DNA from: Amphiscolops sp. MND2022
Lineage: Eukaryota
DNA length: 64,000 nt
Assembly: GCA_964187785.1 (NCBI GenBank)
Contig: OZ076414.1
Location: 12,090,001-12,154,000, forward strand
Reading direction: 5' to 3'
Part shown: positions 24,204-36,925 of the stretch, piece after piece
Layout: the number at the start of each line of letters is the position of its first letter
Position numbering within the stretch: the stretch's first letter is position 1
Position numbers and translations under genes: made by a program
The notes under the pieces: generated by a model
Seen by the model: the letters and a program-made list of their open reading frames with translations, nothing else
What the model was told of the DNA's origin: nothing
Database searches by the model: none

Positions 24204-25860
24204 TGTCGCAGGCTGCCGCCTGTGATGGAGGATACTACCAAATTCCCGCAGGCAACAACACACCTAATCCTCCTCCGGGGGTGTTGCCGATTTGACCTAC
24301 CAAAGATAACAGGTCGAAGGGATATACATCACCTCACTACTGACGAGAGTAGTAGCAATTTCACCACAAGAGACCAAAAGTCGACCCGACTAGAGCGAAC
24401 TTTTAAGCCTAAACTTGTTACTACGCAATTATTAATTACCATTTAGCCTGCTCTTTTCTGTTTTAGCCGTTCAGTGTTTGTGTTAACCAAAATTTAGCAG
24501 TAGGGTGATAAAAGAGAGCAGTGTTAATAAATTTAACAACGTAAATTAGAATGATTAGACAAGCAATTGTACGCAACGAAGGAAACGAGTTGAAATACTT
24601 GTTTCTTTTAGCTAATTGTACGCTCTTTCCAACAGCAATAGCCAACCACAGTGCAGTGTTATATTGATTGTAGCCGTGCGGACCTTGAGTCCGCCACGAT
24701 TTTAATTATCTCTACCTGTAATGACGTCACTGTACTGTACCTGTGCGGTCTCTAAGTCCGATTATGGCGTTATTCATGAATTAGGCTATTCATCATCATG
24801 TTTTCCTATCATGTAATTGTAGTATTATTTGTATGAACATGCAAATAGTAATTTGATTATCACTAGACTAGAAGTGGGACCTAAATTCTCACTAAAACAC
24901 ACCCCCCTCCGATACGCTTTGATGCTAATAATAGTCAACTGATTTGTGAGGTGTTTTTGATGTCATATTTCTGAATTATTTCTAGAATACCTTGAGTCTA
25001 ATTTTAGAATAATGACCTGATAAATTATGCTCGTCATGCTGTGTAAAATTTATATAGAAGGGACGATTGGTCCTGGGGGTTGATTCAATCATCACCCGAT
25101 TACAAAAGACAAACGAGGTATTATGAGGTCAAATGAAATCGACCTAGTTTGATTTGTACAACTTGATCTAAGTTTCATTGTTCTATCAGTTCGTTCGACA
25201 ATTCACTGTTAAACTAATGGATTTTCTAATGCCTTCAACCAGGAAGCGAAAGGCAAGAGAGAGACGTTCTAGGCAATTGTACATGGTGTCCGATGTGGAA
25301 AATGTTGATATAATGTTGGGGAGTCGTTCTAGAGATACTGTGACAGTGAATACTGAGAATAATGACAGTGAAAATGAAGTAAATATAGACTCAGGGTGTA
25401 GTAGGCCACAACAGAATTCCAATTTGGTAGGAGAAGATTTTAGATCATTACTCAAAACCAACATTAGAGACAACTAGGATGATTGGTGAGGAAATTACTA
25501 ATCAGATGTCCAGAAAAGTCAATGAAATCAAATTTAACTTAAACTCTCAGTTACAAGACGCAATCATCACCTCAAAAGCTGAAATGGTGCTTATTCTCCA
25601 AATACGATAGAAGTGCAAGGGAGAGCTCATTGCACAAGGATGGACCGAGGGTCTTGCAGGCTACAAGAGAGTCCAAGAGCGACTAATTCCACCATGGCGG
25701 ACCGAAGGTCCAGTGGGATACAACGGAACGAACCCCGAACTTGGATATGCTCACAAAATATGGGAAAATTATCCCAGAACAAGCTTTACACAGGACAATT
25801 GTAGACAAACGTCTAGAGAGAGTTCAGTAGACTAATATTGCTGCGAACAAAATCGGGACA
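24204..25860 (+). repeat. 5' LTR of family B (~1.66 kb; contains an ORF and a TGACGTCA motif at 24722-24729)
   Basis: Starts TGTCGCAG at the same base as the PPT-flanked copy at 44052; ends ...GGGACA immediately before TGG; collinear with 44052-45902. Confidence 0.9.
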
Positions 25861-25874
25861 TGGTGACGGGAGCC
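25861..25874 (+). promoter_or_regulatory. Primer-binding site (TGGTGACGGGAGCC; second copy TGGTGACAGGAGCC at 30429)
   Basis: TGG directly after the LTR-terminal CA in two copies; the first 7 nt fit a tRNA-Trp-type PBS (TGGTGAC), the rest do not, so the primer tRNA is uncertain. Confidence 0.7.
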
Positions 25875-26737
25875 AAACCTACCCCACACTCGATTCCTGA
25901 GTTTCTCACTGGGCGGCCCTTGCATTCCCGTGAACCCCTGCAACGTCAATTTTCCATCAATGACGTGTCTCAGGACACTGTCCCTCCGGTCCCTGAGGGA
26001 TTTCCATTCATTGCTACGTAAGAATGCACTCCAAACTTTTTGCAACATGAATACGGCAAAAGGCAGGCACTGGAGGACATCCTGGCTAAATTCCGCAGGG
26101 AATATGTAAAACCTGAGGTCCAGGCGACCGCCAAACACAAATGGCACAGACTGGTGTTTGACCCAAACACCGCGAAATTTTCTGATTTCCTTGAAGAACT
26201 CAATCAAGGAGCTGAGAACGCCCACGTAATGAAAAATAGCCTCCTTTGTTCCAAATTTCCGCCAAAACTGAAGCGCCCAGTTAATATGACTAGACTCGAA
26301 AACGCCACTTATGAGGAAATAGTTGCCCACTTAGAAAAAGAGTTAGACTTGAACGGACTTGAGGACGGTGACGATATTCCTGTACCAACAATGTCAACGG
26401 TCCTAACAGCAACACGGCCGGGAACAGTACTCCTTTCCTCCGGTATCGACCCAGGAATCACGTACATTTATTGCAAAAAACCGGGTTTTACAAAAGACGA
26501 ATGTCGCAAACTAAAACGCAAGGTGGAAAAAACGCAATGATGGCCAGTCTACTAAAAAGGGTACCCGAAGTGCCTGACTTGTGGCAAAACAACCCACGCG
26601 GCGGAACGGTGTTGGAAAGGCGCAGGAGCTTACCCCAAGCCCAAAAACCTCAAGCTTGAGGACTCCCAATCTGAAGGGGCTTCCACAAGCCAGAGTGAAA
26701 CTAGCAACAAACAAACAACATCAATCCTAAACAATCC

Positions 26738-26744
26738 AAAAAAC
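26738..26744 (+). promoter_or_regulatory. Putative -1 ribosomal frameshift heptamer A_AAA_AAC at the gag end (second copy 31483-31489)
   Basis: In-phase X XXY YYZ (ccA AAA AAC tac att TGA) three codons before the gag stop; the -1 frame continues KKLHLTRLQINEKLRVRQ toward protease. Confidence 0.65.
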
Positions 26745-29360
26745 TACATTTGACACGACTCCAGATAAATGAAAAACTCCGCGTTAGACAATACATAATA
26801 TCAGATGTTTCAACTATATAATACTGAATATTATTCAACACTTGATGAAACGTCATCAGCTGACTGGCAGCAGCAGATGACAACCACACCCACTAATTTT
26901 ACCACTTAAAGACCACACGTCCAACCGACTACAATACGATACTTCCAGTACACGACCTATACCCCTCGTAGATGACTTTTACCCCTATTACCCCGACCCT
27001 GACTATGGTTTTGACCCCTATTGGGGGGCTACTTCATACAATCAATGAACCAGACTATGTACCGCTGACAAGCAATCTTGACGTCAAATATAAGCAACGA
27101 ATGATCTATTTTCCAATAGATTTTGGCAAACTAACTTTAGATGGCCTTGTAGACACGGGAGCACTCTCTAGTGCAATCCCAGGAGCTGATCTGATCCGAT
27201 TATCAGTATATCATAAAAAAGGGCCCGGGACCTAACTTCCAAATAATGGTTGCTAATGGGCAGCTGGAATCTCCAAAGAGCACAGTCGAACTGAAACTTG
27301 ACGTTGGCGACATAGATTTCCACGAAATTCTATAGTCATGGAAAAATTTACCAGTCCACTAATTGGCCTCTCATTCCTTCAGCGGAATAATACCATTTTC
27401 ATTTCGAAGATGAGACAGGGTGTCTTAAACTTCCTTCTTTTTCTCAATGCAACTTAAAACGGCAGATCATAAATACACTAACGTCATGGAACACATTTGC
27501 CTTCGGGAGGATATAACCATCCCACCTAACGGAAGACAAACTGGTCCTATTGGCTTCACAACTGTACGAAGACACTACAGTTACCGGGATCCTTCAAGCG
27601 AGCACAGCCCTTACAGATGATGGCGAAATTGCCTTCTGTGCTGCTCTAGTCACTTTGACCAATGGTCAAGTAGCCGTTCACCTGAACAATTTCACTGACA
27701 GCCCTCACACCCTCAAAAGAGGCACATAGATTGCTAATTTCAGTGTCTTAACGCCAGAAAGATGAAATATGTCAAATCTATAGACCCGGTGACTACATGG
27801 CACCTATTGCATAATAATGCTGCTTACTGTGCAAGTAGCTTGGTCAAATCTACGAAACCTAAGGACTTCAAGGAAGACTACTGGTTTCCCACCCCAGAGG
27901 AACCTGGGAACCCTCAGCATTATACGCCTATCCAGAAATGGATTCTGTCAGAACTACTCAATCTCCGAGAATTAGAAGAAATCAACCCCCAGGACGACCC
28001 TGAGTCGAGGAGTCGATTTTTAAATAATATTGATGGACGGACTCTATGATTCAACCTGCTGAAATAGCCCCCATAGCAGACCTACTTGTCGAATTCAATG
28101 ATTAATTCGCAAGACACATGTTTAACATAGGCATGCATGAGGACTTCAAGGTCAAGTTGACCCCGAAAGATGGCTCTCCAACCTATAGTCAGAGCTCAGC
28201 AACGCCAATTAACCTTGAGGAAACTTCCTTGAAGAACTAGCACTCCTACACCGCTATGGGATATTCAGAACCCTCCCATTCTCCGAATACGCAAGCTCAA
28301 TATTTGCCCAAAAGAAATCCAATGGCAAACTGCGACTCCTGGTTGAGTTGCGCAAAATCAACAACTTAGTTTTGGATGATTACATAAACAACATCATCCG
28401 TCAGTACGCTCACTGATGCAGCCTAACATTTGGCAGGGAAAAGCTACTTTGCAAGTTGGACTGCTCGCAAGCATGCCATTCTCTGCAGATGGCCGGCCGA
28501 CCAGCGGTCCAAAAAATGCTTGCTTTCAATTTCGCTACCAGAACATTTGCATACAGAAGATTAGCACCGGGTCTTAGCCGAGCGCCTTCAGCCTTTTCTA
28601 GTTCTATGCGCGAATATTTGGACAAAGTCATCAAAGCAGACCAATGTGCCCAATATGTTGATGACATAGTAGGCATAGCTGCTAACGACAATGAATAACT
28701 CAATAACAACCTTAGGGCCACATTTCAGTGCATTTAGAAAGCTGGTCTGAAAATAACCATGCATAAATGCCACTTTGGTGCAACGGAAATGGATTTTCTG
28801 GGTCGTACTATCACTCCCGCCGGAGTGAAGCCGCAGCGACCAGAGTCCAAAACTTCCTAGAAAACACGAAACTCCCGAAATCAAAGAAAGTACTCCGACG
28901 TTACCTGGGAGTTACCTCCACTACTACCCAAACTATACTCCAAGGCTCTCAGAGAAACTAACAACCTATTTTAAATAGTTAACTGAAGACGAAAAACTTC
29001 TGGTTACACCGGACCTTTTGGAAGGATTCACTGCGATCAATAAGGCTCTTGAGCGATGCTGTGAACTGGCACTCAAACAACCCCTACCGAATAAGCAGAT
29101 AGCCCTTATGACTGACGCTAGCTTCTCGGCCGCAGTGTACGCAGTTCTCATCGAAGACGATCCACTCGAGAAATTTACTTCAACGAGGAAAGCTTTCGCC
29201 GCAGTAGCTTATGAATCCAAGACCTTTAGTCCTACCCAATTGGAAATGTCCATCTACGCGAAAGAATGCTTGGCAATCTTCTTTGCTTTTAAGGAATTCG
29301 GACATATGTTTTGGGGAACCCCGAAACCGGTGATCATCATTACAGACAAGATATCAGTCA

Positions 29361-30428
29361 CATGTAGTAATTGTAGTATTCTTTGTATGAACATGCCAAT
29401 CGTATTTTGATACTCACTAGACTAGAAGTGCGACCTGAAATCTCACTAATCCACGCACAACCCCCCCGATACGCTTTGATGCTATTAATTGTCAGCTGAT
29501 TTGTGAGGTGTTTATGATGTCATAACTCTGAATTATTTCTAGATTACCTTGAGTCTAATTTTAGAATAATGACCTGATAAATTATGCTCGTCATGCTGTG
29601 TAAAATTTAAATAGAAGCAACGATCTGTCCTGGGGATTGATTCAATCATCACCCGATTACAAAAGACAAACGAGGTATTGTGAGGTCATATGAAATCGAG
29701 CTAGTTTGATTTGTACCACTTGATCTTTATTTCATTGTTCTATCAGTTCGTTCGACAATTCACTGTTAATCTAATGGATTTTCTAATGCCTTCAACCAGG
29801 AAGCGAAAGGCAAGAGAGAGACGTTCTAGGCAATTGTACATAATGTCCGATGTGGAAAATGTTGATATAATGTTGGTGAGTCATTCTAGAGATACTGTGG
29901 AGAATAATGACAGTGAAAATGAAGTAAATATAGACTCAGGGTGTAGTAGGCCACAACAGAATTCCAATTTGGTAGGAGAAGATATTAGATCATTACTCAA
30001 AACCAACATTAGAGAAAACAGTGAAATAACAATTGAGACAACAAGGATGATTGGTGAGGAAATTACTAATCAGATGTCCAGAAAAGTCAATGAAATCAAA
30101 TTTAGCTTAAACTCTCAGTTACAAGACGCAATCATCACCTCAAAAGCTGAAAAGGTGCTTATTCTCCAAATACGATAGAAGTGCAAGGGAGAACTAATTG
30201 CACCATGATGGACCGAGGGTCTTGCAGGCTACAAGAGAGTCCGAGAGCGACTGATTCCACCATGGCGGACCGAAGGTCCAGTGGGATACAACGGAACGAA
30301 CCCCGAACTTGGATATGCTCACAAAATATGGGAAAATTATCCCAGAACAAGCTTTACACAGGACAATTGTAGACAAACGTCTAGAGAGAGTTCAGTAGAC
30401 TAATATTGCTGTGAACAAAATCGGGACA
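29361..30428 (+). repeat. 5'-truncated internal LTR copy produced by tandem duplication
   Basis: Matches 24810-25860 and ends ...GGGACA before the PBS; joined to RNase H via CATG. Confidence 0.9.
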
Positions 30429-33400
30429 TGGTGACAGGAGCCAACCCTAACCCACACTCGATTCCTGAGTTTCTCACTGGGCGGCCCTTGCATTCCCGTG
30501 AACCCCTGCAACGTCAATTTTCCATCAATGACGTGTCTCAGGACACTGTCCTTCCGGTCCCTGAGACTACAACCCAAACTACACCTTCAGCAACGACTGC
30601 CAGTCAGCACGACTACATTGACATTTGACGGCAAATCAGAGAAATTCGAACTTTTTGAGGACATCTTTTACACAATGCTCGAAATGCAGCCTGAAATGAC
30701 TGAAGCATTGAAATTCAACCATTTCCATTCATTGCTACGTAAGAATGCACTCCAAACTTTTTGCAACATGAATACGGCAAAAGGCAGGCACTGGACGACA
30801 TCCTGGCTAAATTCCCCAGGAAATATGTAAAACCTGAGGCCCAGGCGACCGCCAAACACAAATGGCACAGACTGGTGCTTGACCCAAACACCGCGAAAAT
30901 TTCTGATTTCCTTGAAGAACTCAATGAAGGAGCTGAGAACGCCCAGGCAATGAATAATAGCCTCCTTTGTTCCAAATTTCCGCCAAAACTGAAGCGCCCA
31001 GTCAATATGGCTAGACTCGAAAACGCCACTTATGAGGAAATAGTTTTCCACTTAGAAAAAGAATTAGACTTGAACGGACTTGAGGACGGTGACGATATTC
31101 CTGTACCAACAATGTCAACGGCCCCAACAGCAACACGGCCAGGAACAGTACTCCTTTCCTCCGGTATCGACCCAGGAATCACGTGCATTTATTACAAAAA
31201 AAACCGGGTTATACAAAAGACGAATGTCGCAAACTAAAACGCAAGGTGGAAAAAATGCAATGCCGGCCAGTCTACCATAAAGGGTAGTCTACTAAAAAGG
31301 CCAGTCTACCCGAAGTGCCTGACTTGTGGCAAAACAACCCACGCGGCGGAACGGTGTTGGGAAGGCGCAGGAGCTTACCCCAAGCCCAAAAACCTCAAGC
31401 TTGAGGACTCCCAATCTGAAGGGGCTTCCACAAGCCAGAGTGAAACTAGCAACAAACAAACAACATCAATCATAAACAATCCAAAAAACTACATTTGACA
31501 CGACTCCAGATAAATGAAAAACTCCGCGTTAGACAAAACATAATATCTGATCTTTCAACTATATAATACTGAATATTATACAACACTTGATGAAAAGTCA
31601 TCAGCTGACTGGCAGCAGCAGATGACAACCACACCCACTAATTTTACCACTTAAAGACCACACGTCCAATCGACTACAATACGATACTTCCAGTATACGA
31701 CCTATACCCCTCGTAGATGACTTTCACCCCTATTACCCCGACCCTGACTATGGTTTTGACCCCTATTGGGGGGCTACTTCATACAATCAATGAACCAGAC
31801 TATGTACCGCTGACAAGCAATCTTGACGTCAAATATAAGCAACGAATGCTCTATTTTCCAATAGATTTTGGCAAACTAACTTTAGATGGCCTTGTAGACA
31901 CGGGAGCATTCTCTAGTGCAATCCCAGGAGCTGATCTGATCCGATTATCAGTATATCATAAAAAAGGGCCCGGGACCTAACTTCCAAATAATGGTTGCTA
32001 ATGGGCAGCTGGAATCTCCAAAGAGCACAGTCGAACTGAAACTTGACGTTGGCGACATAGATTTCCACGAAATTCTGTAGTCATGGAAAAATTTACCAGT
32101 CCACTAATTGGCCTCTCATTCCTTCAGCGGAATAATACCATTTTCATTTCGAAGATGAGACAGGGTGTCTTCAACTTCCTTCTTTTTCTCAATGCAACTT
32201 AAAACGGCAGATCATAAATACACTAACGTCATGGAACATATTTGCCTTCGAGAGGATATAACCATCCCACCTAACGGAAGACAAACTGGTCCTAATGGCT
32301 TCACAACTGTACGAAGACACTACAGTTACCGGGATCCTTCAAGCAAGCACAGCCCTTACAGATGATGGCGACATTGCCTTCTGTGCTGCTCTAGTCACTT
32401 TGACCAATGGTCGAGTAGCCGTTCACCTGAACAAATTCACTGACAGCCCTTACACCCTCAAAAGAGGCACACAGGTTGCTAATTTCAGTGTCTTAACGCC
32501 AGAAAGATGAAATATGTCAAATCTATAGACCCGGTGACTACATGGCACCTATTGCAGGATAATCTTGAGAATGCTGCTTACTGTGCAAGTAGCTTGATCA
32601 AATCTACGAAACCTAAGGACTTCAAGGAGGACTACTGGTTTCCCACCCCAGAGGAACCTGGGAACCCTCAGCATTATACGCCTATCCAGAAATGGATTCT
32701 GTCAGAACTACTCAATCACCAAGAATTAGAAGAAATCAACCCTCAGGACAACCCTGAGTCGGGGAGTCGATTTTTAAATAATATTGATGGACGGATTTTA
32801 TGATTCAACCTGCTGAAATAGCCCCCATAGCAGACCTACTTGTCGAATTCAATGATTAATTCGCAAGACACATGTTTAACATAGGCATGCATGAGGACTT
32901 CAAGGTCAAGTTGACCCCGAAAGATGACTCCCCGGACTATAGTCAGAGCTCAGCAACGCCAATTAACCTTGAGGAAACTTCCTTGAAGAACTAGCACTCC
33001 TACACCGCTATGGGACATTCAGAACCCTCCCATTCTCCGAATACGCAAGCCCAATATTTGCCCAAAAGAAACCCAATGGCAAACTGCGACTCCTGGTTGA
33101 GTTGCGCAAAATCAACAACTTAATTTCGGATGATTACATAAACAACATCATCCGTCAGTACGCTCACCGATGCAGCCTAACATTTGGCAGGGAAAAGCTA
33201 TTTTGTAAGTTGGACTGCTCGCAAGCATGCCATTCTCTGCAGATGGCCAACCAGCGGTCCAAAAAATGCTTGCTTTCATTTTCGCTACCAGAACTTTTGC
33301 ATACAGAAGATTAGCACCGTGTCTTAGCCGAGCGCTTTCAGCTTTTTCTAGTTCTATGCGCGAATATTTGGACAAAGTCATCAAAGCAGACCAATGTGCC

Positions 33401-35558
33401 CAATATGTTGATGACATAGTAGGTATAGCTGCTAACGACAATGAACAACTCAATAACAACCTTAGGGCCACATTTCAGTGCATTTAGAAAGCTGGTCTGA
33501 AAATAACCATGCATAAATGCCACTTTGGTGCAACGGAAATGGATTTTCAGGGTCGTACTATCACTCCCGCCGGAGTGAAGCCGCAGCGACCCAGAGTCCA
33601 AAACTTCCTAGAAAACACGAAACTCCCGAAATCAAAGAAAGCACTCCGACGTTACTGGGAGTCCTCCACTACTACCCAAACTATACTCCATGGCTCTCAG
33701 CGAAACTAACATCGTTTTTTAAATAGTTAACTAAAGACGAAAAATTTCTGGTTACACCGGACCTTTTGGAAGGATTCACCGCGATCATTAAGGCTCTTGA
33801 GCGATGCTGTGAACTGGCACTCAAATAACCCCTACCGAATAAGCAGATAGCCCTTATGACTGACGCTAGCTTCTCGGCCGCAGTGTACGCAGTTCTCATC
33901 GAAGACGATCCACTAGAGAAATATACTTCAAAGAGGAAAGCTTTCGCCGCAGTAGCATATGGATCCAAGACCTTTAGTCCGACCCAATTGGAAATGTCCA
34001 TCTACGCGAAAGAATGCTTAGCAATCTTCTTTGCTTTTAAGGAATTCGGACATATGTTTTGGGGAACCCCGAAACCGGTGATCACCATTAGAGACAAGAA
34101 ATCAGTCACATGATTTTTTCAAACAAAGATCTTTCCACCGACCCTCTGGAATGTCTGCGGCTACGTTATCTAGTTCAATTTCACAATTGCGCATATTCCA
34201 TGCAAAAACAATACAGCCGCTGATTAACTGTCCCGTCTAGAATTGCCTCCGAAAAAATTAATCCTCAGAGTTAGAGAGGACATCCCAACAACCTTGATTG
34301 AACTACACGTCCAATCGGCGGGAGTGTAAGAGGAGGAACATTTTTTTACACAGAGGGCGACGAAGAGATAGAAGAACAAAGATTACAGCGTAAAAAGGAG
34401 GCTCGAGCCCAACGAACCAATTACCTGATGTTTCATTCGAAAAATTTACCACACAATTAGGCGATTGTCACAAATTTCCAACAATAAAAACTATAAAATA
34501 CGAACTCTGTAGCCGTAGAGCAGAACAATGACTCTATTCTGCAGCAATTACGACTCAAAATATTGAAACAAGACTACTCAGAAACCATTTTACTGCAGGA
34601 TAACCGATACCAAATTTACTGTCGCCTATTCGGTCGACTGTCCGTCACGGATTTATTCATCACCGGAGAGTATTTGACGAAAAGGCTCTGTAAAATACAA
34701 TCAAGTGCTCCTACCACAACACCTAGTCACAGAACTGCTTAAATCCTAACAAGGAAATACCCAGGAACCTATAAGATGCTCATTGAAATTCGACAAAAAT
34801 ACGACTACCTTGGAATAGCAAAACTCGTTAAAAAATGAGTCCAAGGATAAGAAATTTGCATCGAAGACAAAAGAATCCCGAATTCATTCATAACGTCTGA
34901 ACTTCCTAATTTACAGGAATGGGACCTCGGTCCAGAGGGCGCAATGCAAATTGACCTGTTACCGAACCTACCCCCATGCGTAGGATATGAAAAAACCAGT
35001 ACCGCATTGGACGTTTTTTCAAGATACCTTTTTGCATACCCAGTCGAATACACATTCTGGGAATCCAAGAAAAGCCACCACAAACCATCCGCAAATAATT
35101 GGTAGACTAGTGCGTTCTCATGTCAGTTTCGAAACAAATCCTAAAATGACGAGCACAAATTCTGATAGACACGACAACGAAAAACATCATGCAATCCTTT
35201 TTTGAAATACAAAGAATACTACGACCGAAATGCCAAAGCGGGACTCTTACACTAAAAGGACTATTGATTTATATTACAGTGTATCGCTGATCATCAAGGC
35301 TCGAAAATCCCTTTCCGCGAATTTTGTTGGACTGGACCTTATATTGTGGAAAAAAAGTTTTACCGAATGAAAATTACATAGACTCCGACAAAACCAAAAT
35401 TCTACATCGCATCAGATTGCGTAAATATGAACCGAATGCTGTTTCACAGGATATTAGACCGCAAGGCAATCTGCAACCTGACGATGAAATTATCATTCCG
35501 CAAGATGACTTCTACGTCATCACGTGGGGAACAAATTTCGGAGATTTTCCCAATTCCA
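30429..35558 (+). pseudogene. pol: gag-pol copy 2 (gag, PR, RT, RH, integrase; decayed, C-terminus deleted)
   Basis: MVTGANPNPHSIPEFLTGRP, DTGAFSSAI, QYVDDIVG, MTDASF, integrase MQIDLLPNLP...LDVFSRYLFAYP, and GPYIV...ILHRIRLRKYEP. Confidence 0.95.
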
Positions 35559-36925
35559 AAATCTCTGTCCCTCATTCTTCCATTCTCCCTTCTCCGCTTC
35601 GGCTTGGGTTCTACTGGTAGTTTCTAAGTGTGCATCTAATTTCGACCTAGAGAGGAAATCTGAGATGACCAAGGCCTTGACGCCAGGGACTAATAATTTT
35701 AAACTGCCTTGAAGGTCACTTTTAGCGGGACGGTTGGAGGGCCGTATGCAACGTCTGCCTAGCTTGAAGAGGAACTAAACTAATTTACGGTACACGTGGA
35801 AACCTCTATCGCGCTTTTGCTTAAAATTCATGGTGAAACTGGAGGTGTAGTCGCGCACTAGCCGTTGAAAGATTTCCAGGCGTTTTGGAAAGAAGTAGTC
35901 GTAGACCATGTACCACCGAGACTTTGGGGCTGAAATGAGAACCAAGTCGTTCCAAACCGAAAGTGGGACGGATAATCAAAAACTAATGTAAGAAACCCAG
36001 AGCATAGAACGCTAGTAAAATTAGAATTCATGTGAGACCTAGCGTCCCACAAACTACATACTCAAAACTATCAATAAGCGATTCACGACTCAGGACTTGA
36101 AAAAGAAGACTTACTTGGTTTCTAACGCCTTGCATTTCTTGCAGGGCTGTATTCTCACTGAGATAAGACGTGACCCTCGGCCAGTGCTTGAGTAATTCCT
36201 GACACAGCGTAGACAACCCATTCAACTCCAGCTGACATGTTCTAATCGCCTAGAAAGAACAAATCATGTTTATACTTTGTCAGGAAGAAAACCAGGTTTC
36301 ATGTGGATTGAGGATATCCTTAGACAACTCAGGTGAAAACAACACCCAGTCCAATTCAAGGCTCGACCCGAGGGAGACAACCAAATGGTGCAGCACTCCA
36401 AAGAAGTCAATTTTTTTGAAAACATTGGAACTTTGTTTGTGCATCAATGTCCTCAATTGCATTTCCTGAAATCGTGGAGGTCTCTGGACTGTGTATTCGC
36501 TATAGGTACTATTGTCTAACTGCTGAACAGTTTGGACAGTGCTTACTGTGACGCTGACAATGTGAGGACCAGTTGAGAAAACAACCATTACAATTGCTAA
36601 GAGTGTGAGCTCAGCCTGCATTTGGCCGGTCCGTTTCAGGAAAACTCGGCAAAATTGGCCTTCGTACCAGAAGCGGATGAACTCTATCAAGAAGACTCCA
36701 TCGTTAGCGAACTCCAAACCATATTCCTCTCTTGAGACGACGTGATGTCCAATGTCATTTGCAAGTCCATGGAACATGTTATGGAATATCGCCTGTAACA
36801 CAAACATCACAATTAAGATACCGTCAAGTAGCTGTAATGACCCGGAACTACGCTAGCAAATTAGAGAACATCCTGAGCTGGAGTAAGAGCAAACAAAGCA
36901 GGATTGAATGTATAAAACCTAAGCA
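35559..36925 (-). pseudogene. Duplicated 3' exon and partial intron of the antisense hAT-like gene
   Basis: Near-identical to 39026-40396; ORF 36810-36280 AIFHNMFHG...EYGLEFANDG...FIRFWYEGQFCRVFL; acceptor AG at 36794-36793. Confidence 0.8.

Larger units (their letters stand above)
25861..29364 (+). pseudogene. pol: gag-pol copy 1 (gag with two CCHC knuckles, protease, RT, RNase H; truncated)
   Basis: YVKPEVQATAKHKWHRLVFDP, YCKKPGFTKDEC, CLTCGKTTHAAERC, GLVDTGALSSAI, QYVDDIVGIA, ALMTDASFSAAVYAVL; ends inside RNase H at the CATG junction. Confidence 0.95.

Noticed and set aside
34820-34860. TGG-to-TGA type stops (also at ~40885) as APOBEC-like hypermutation of family B
   Set aside because: Too few cases by eye, amid many indels and other substitutions; ordinary neutral decay explains them.
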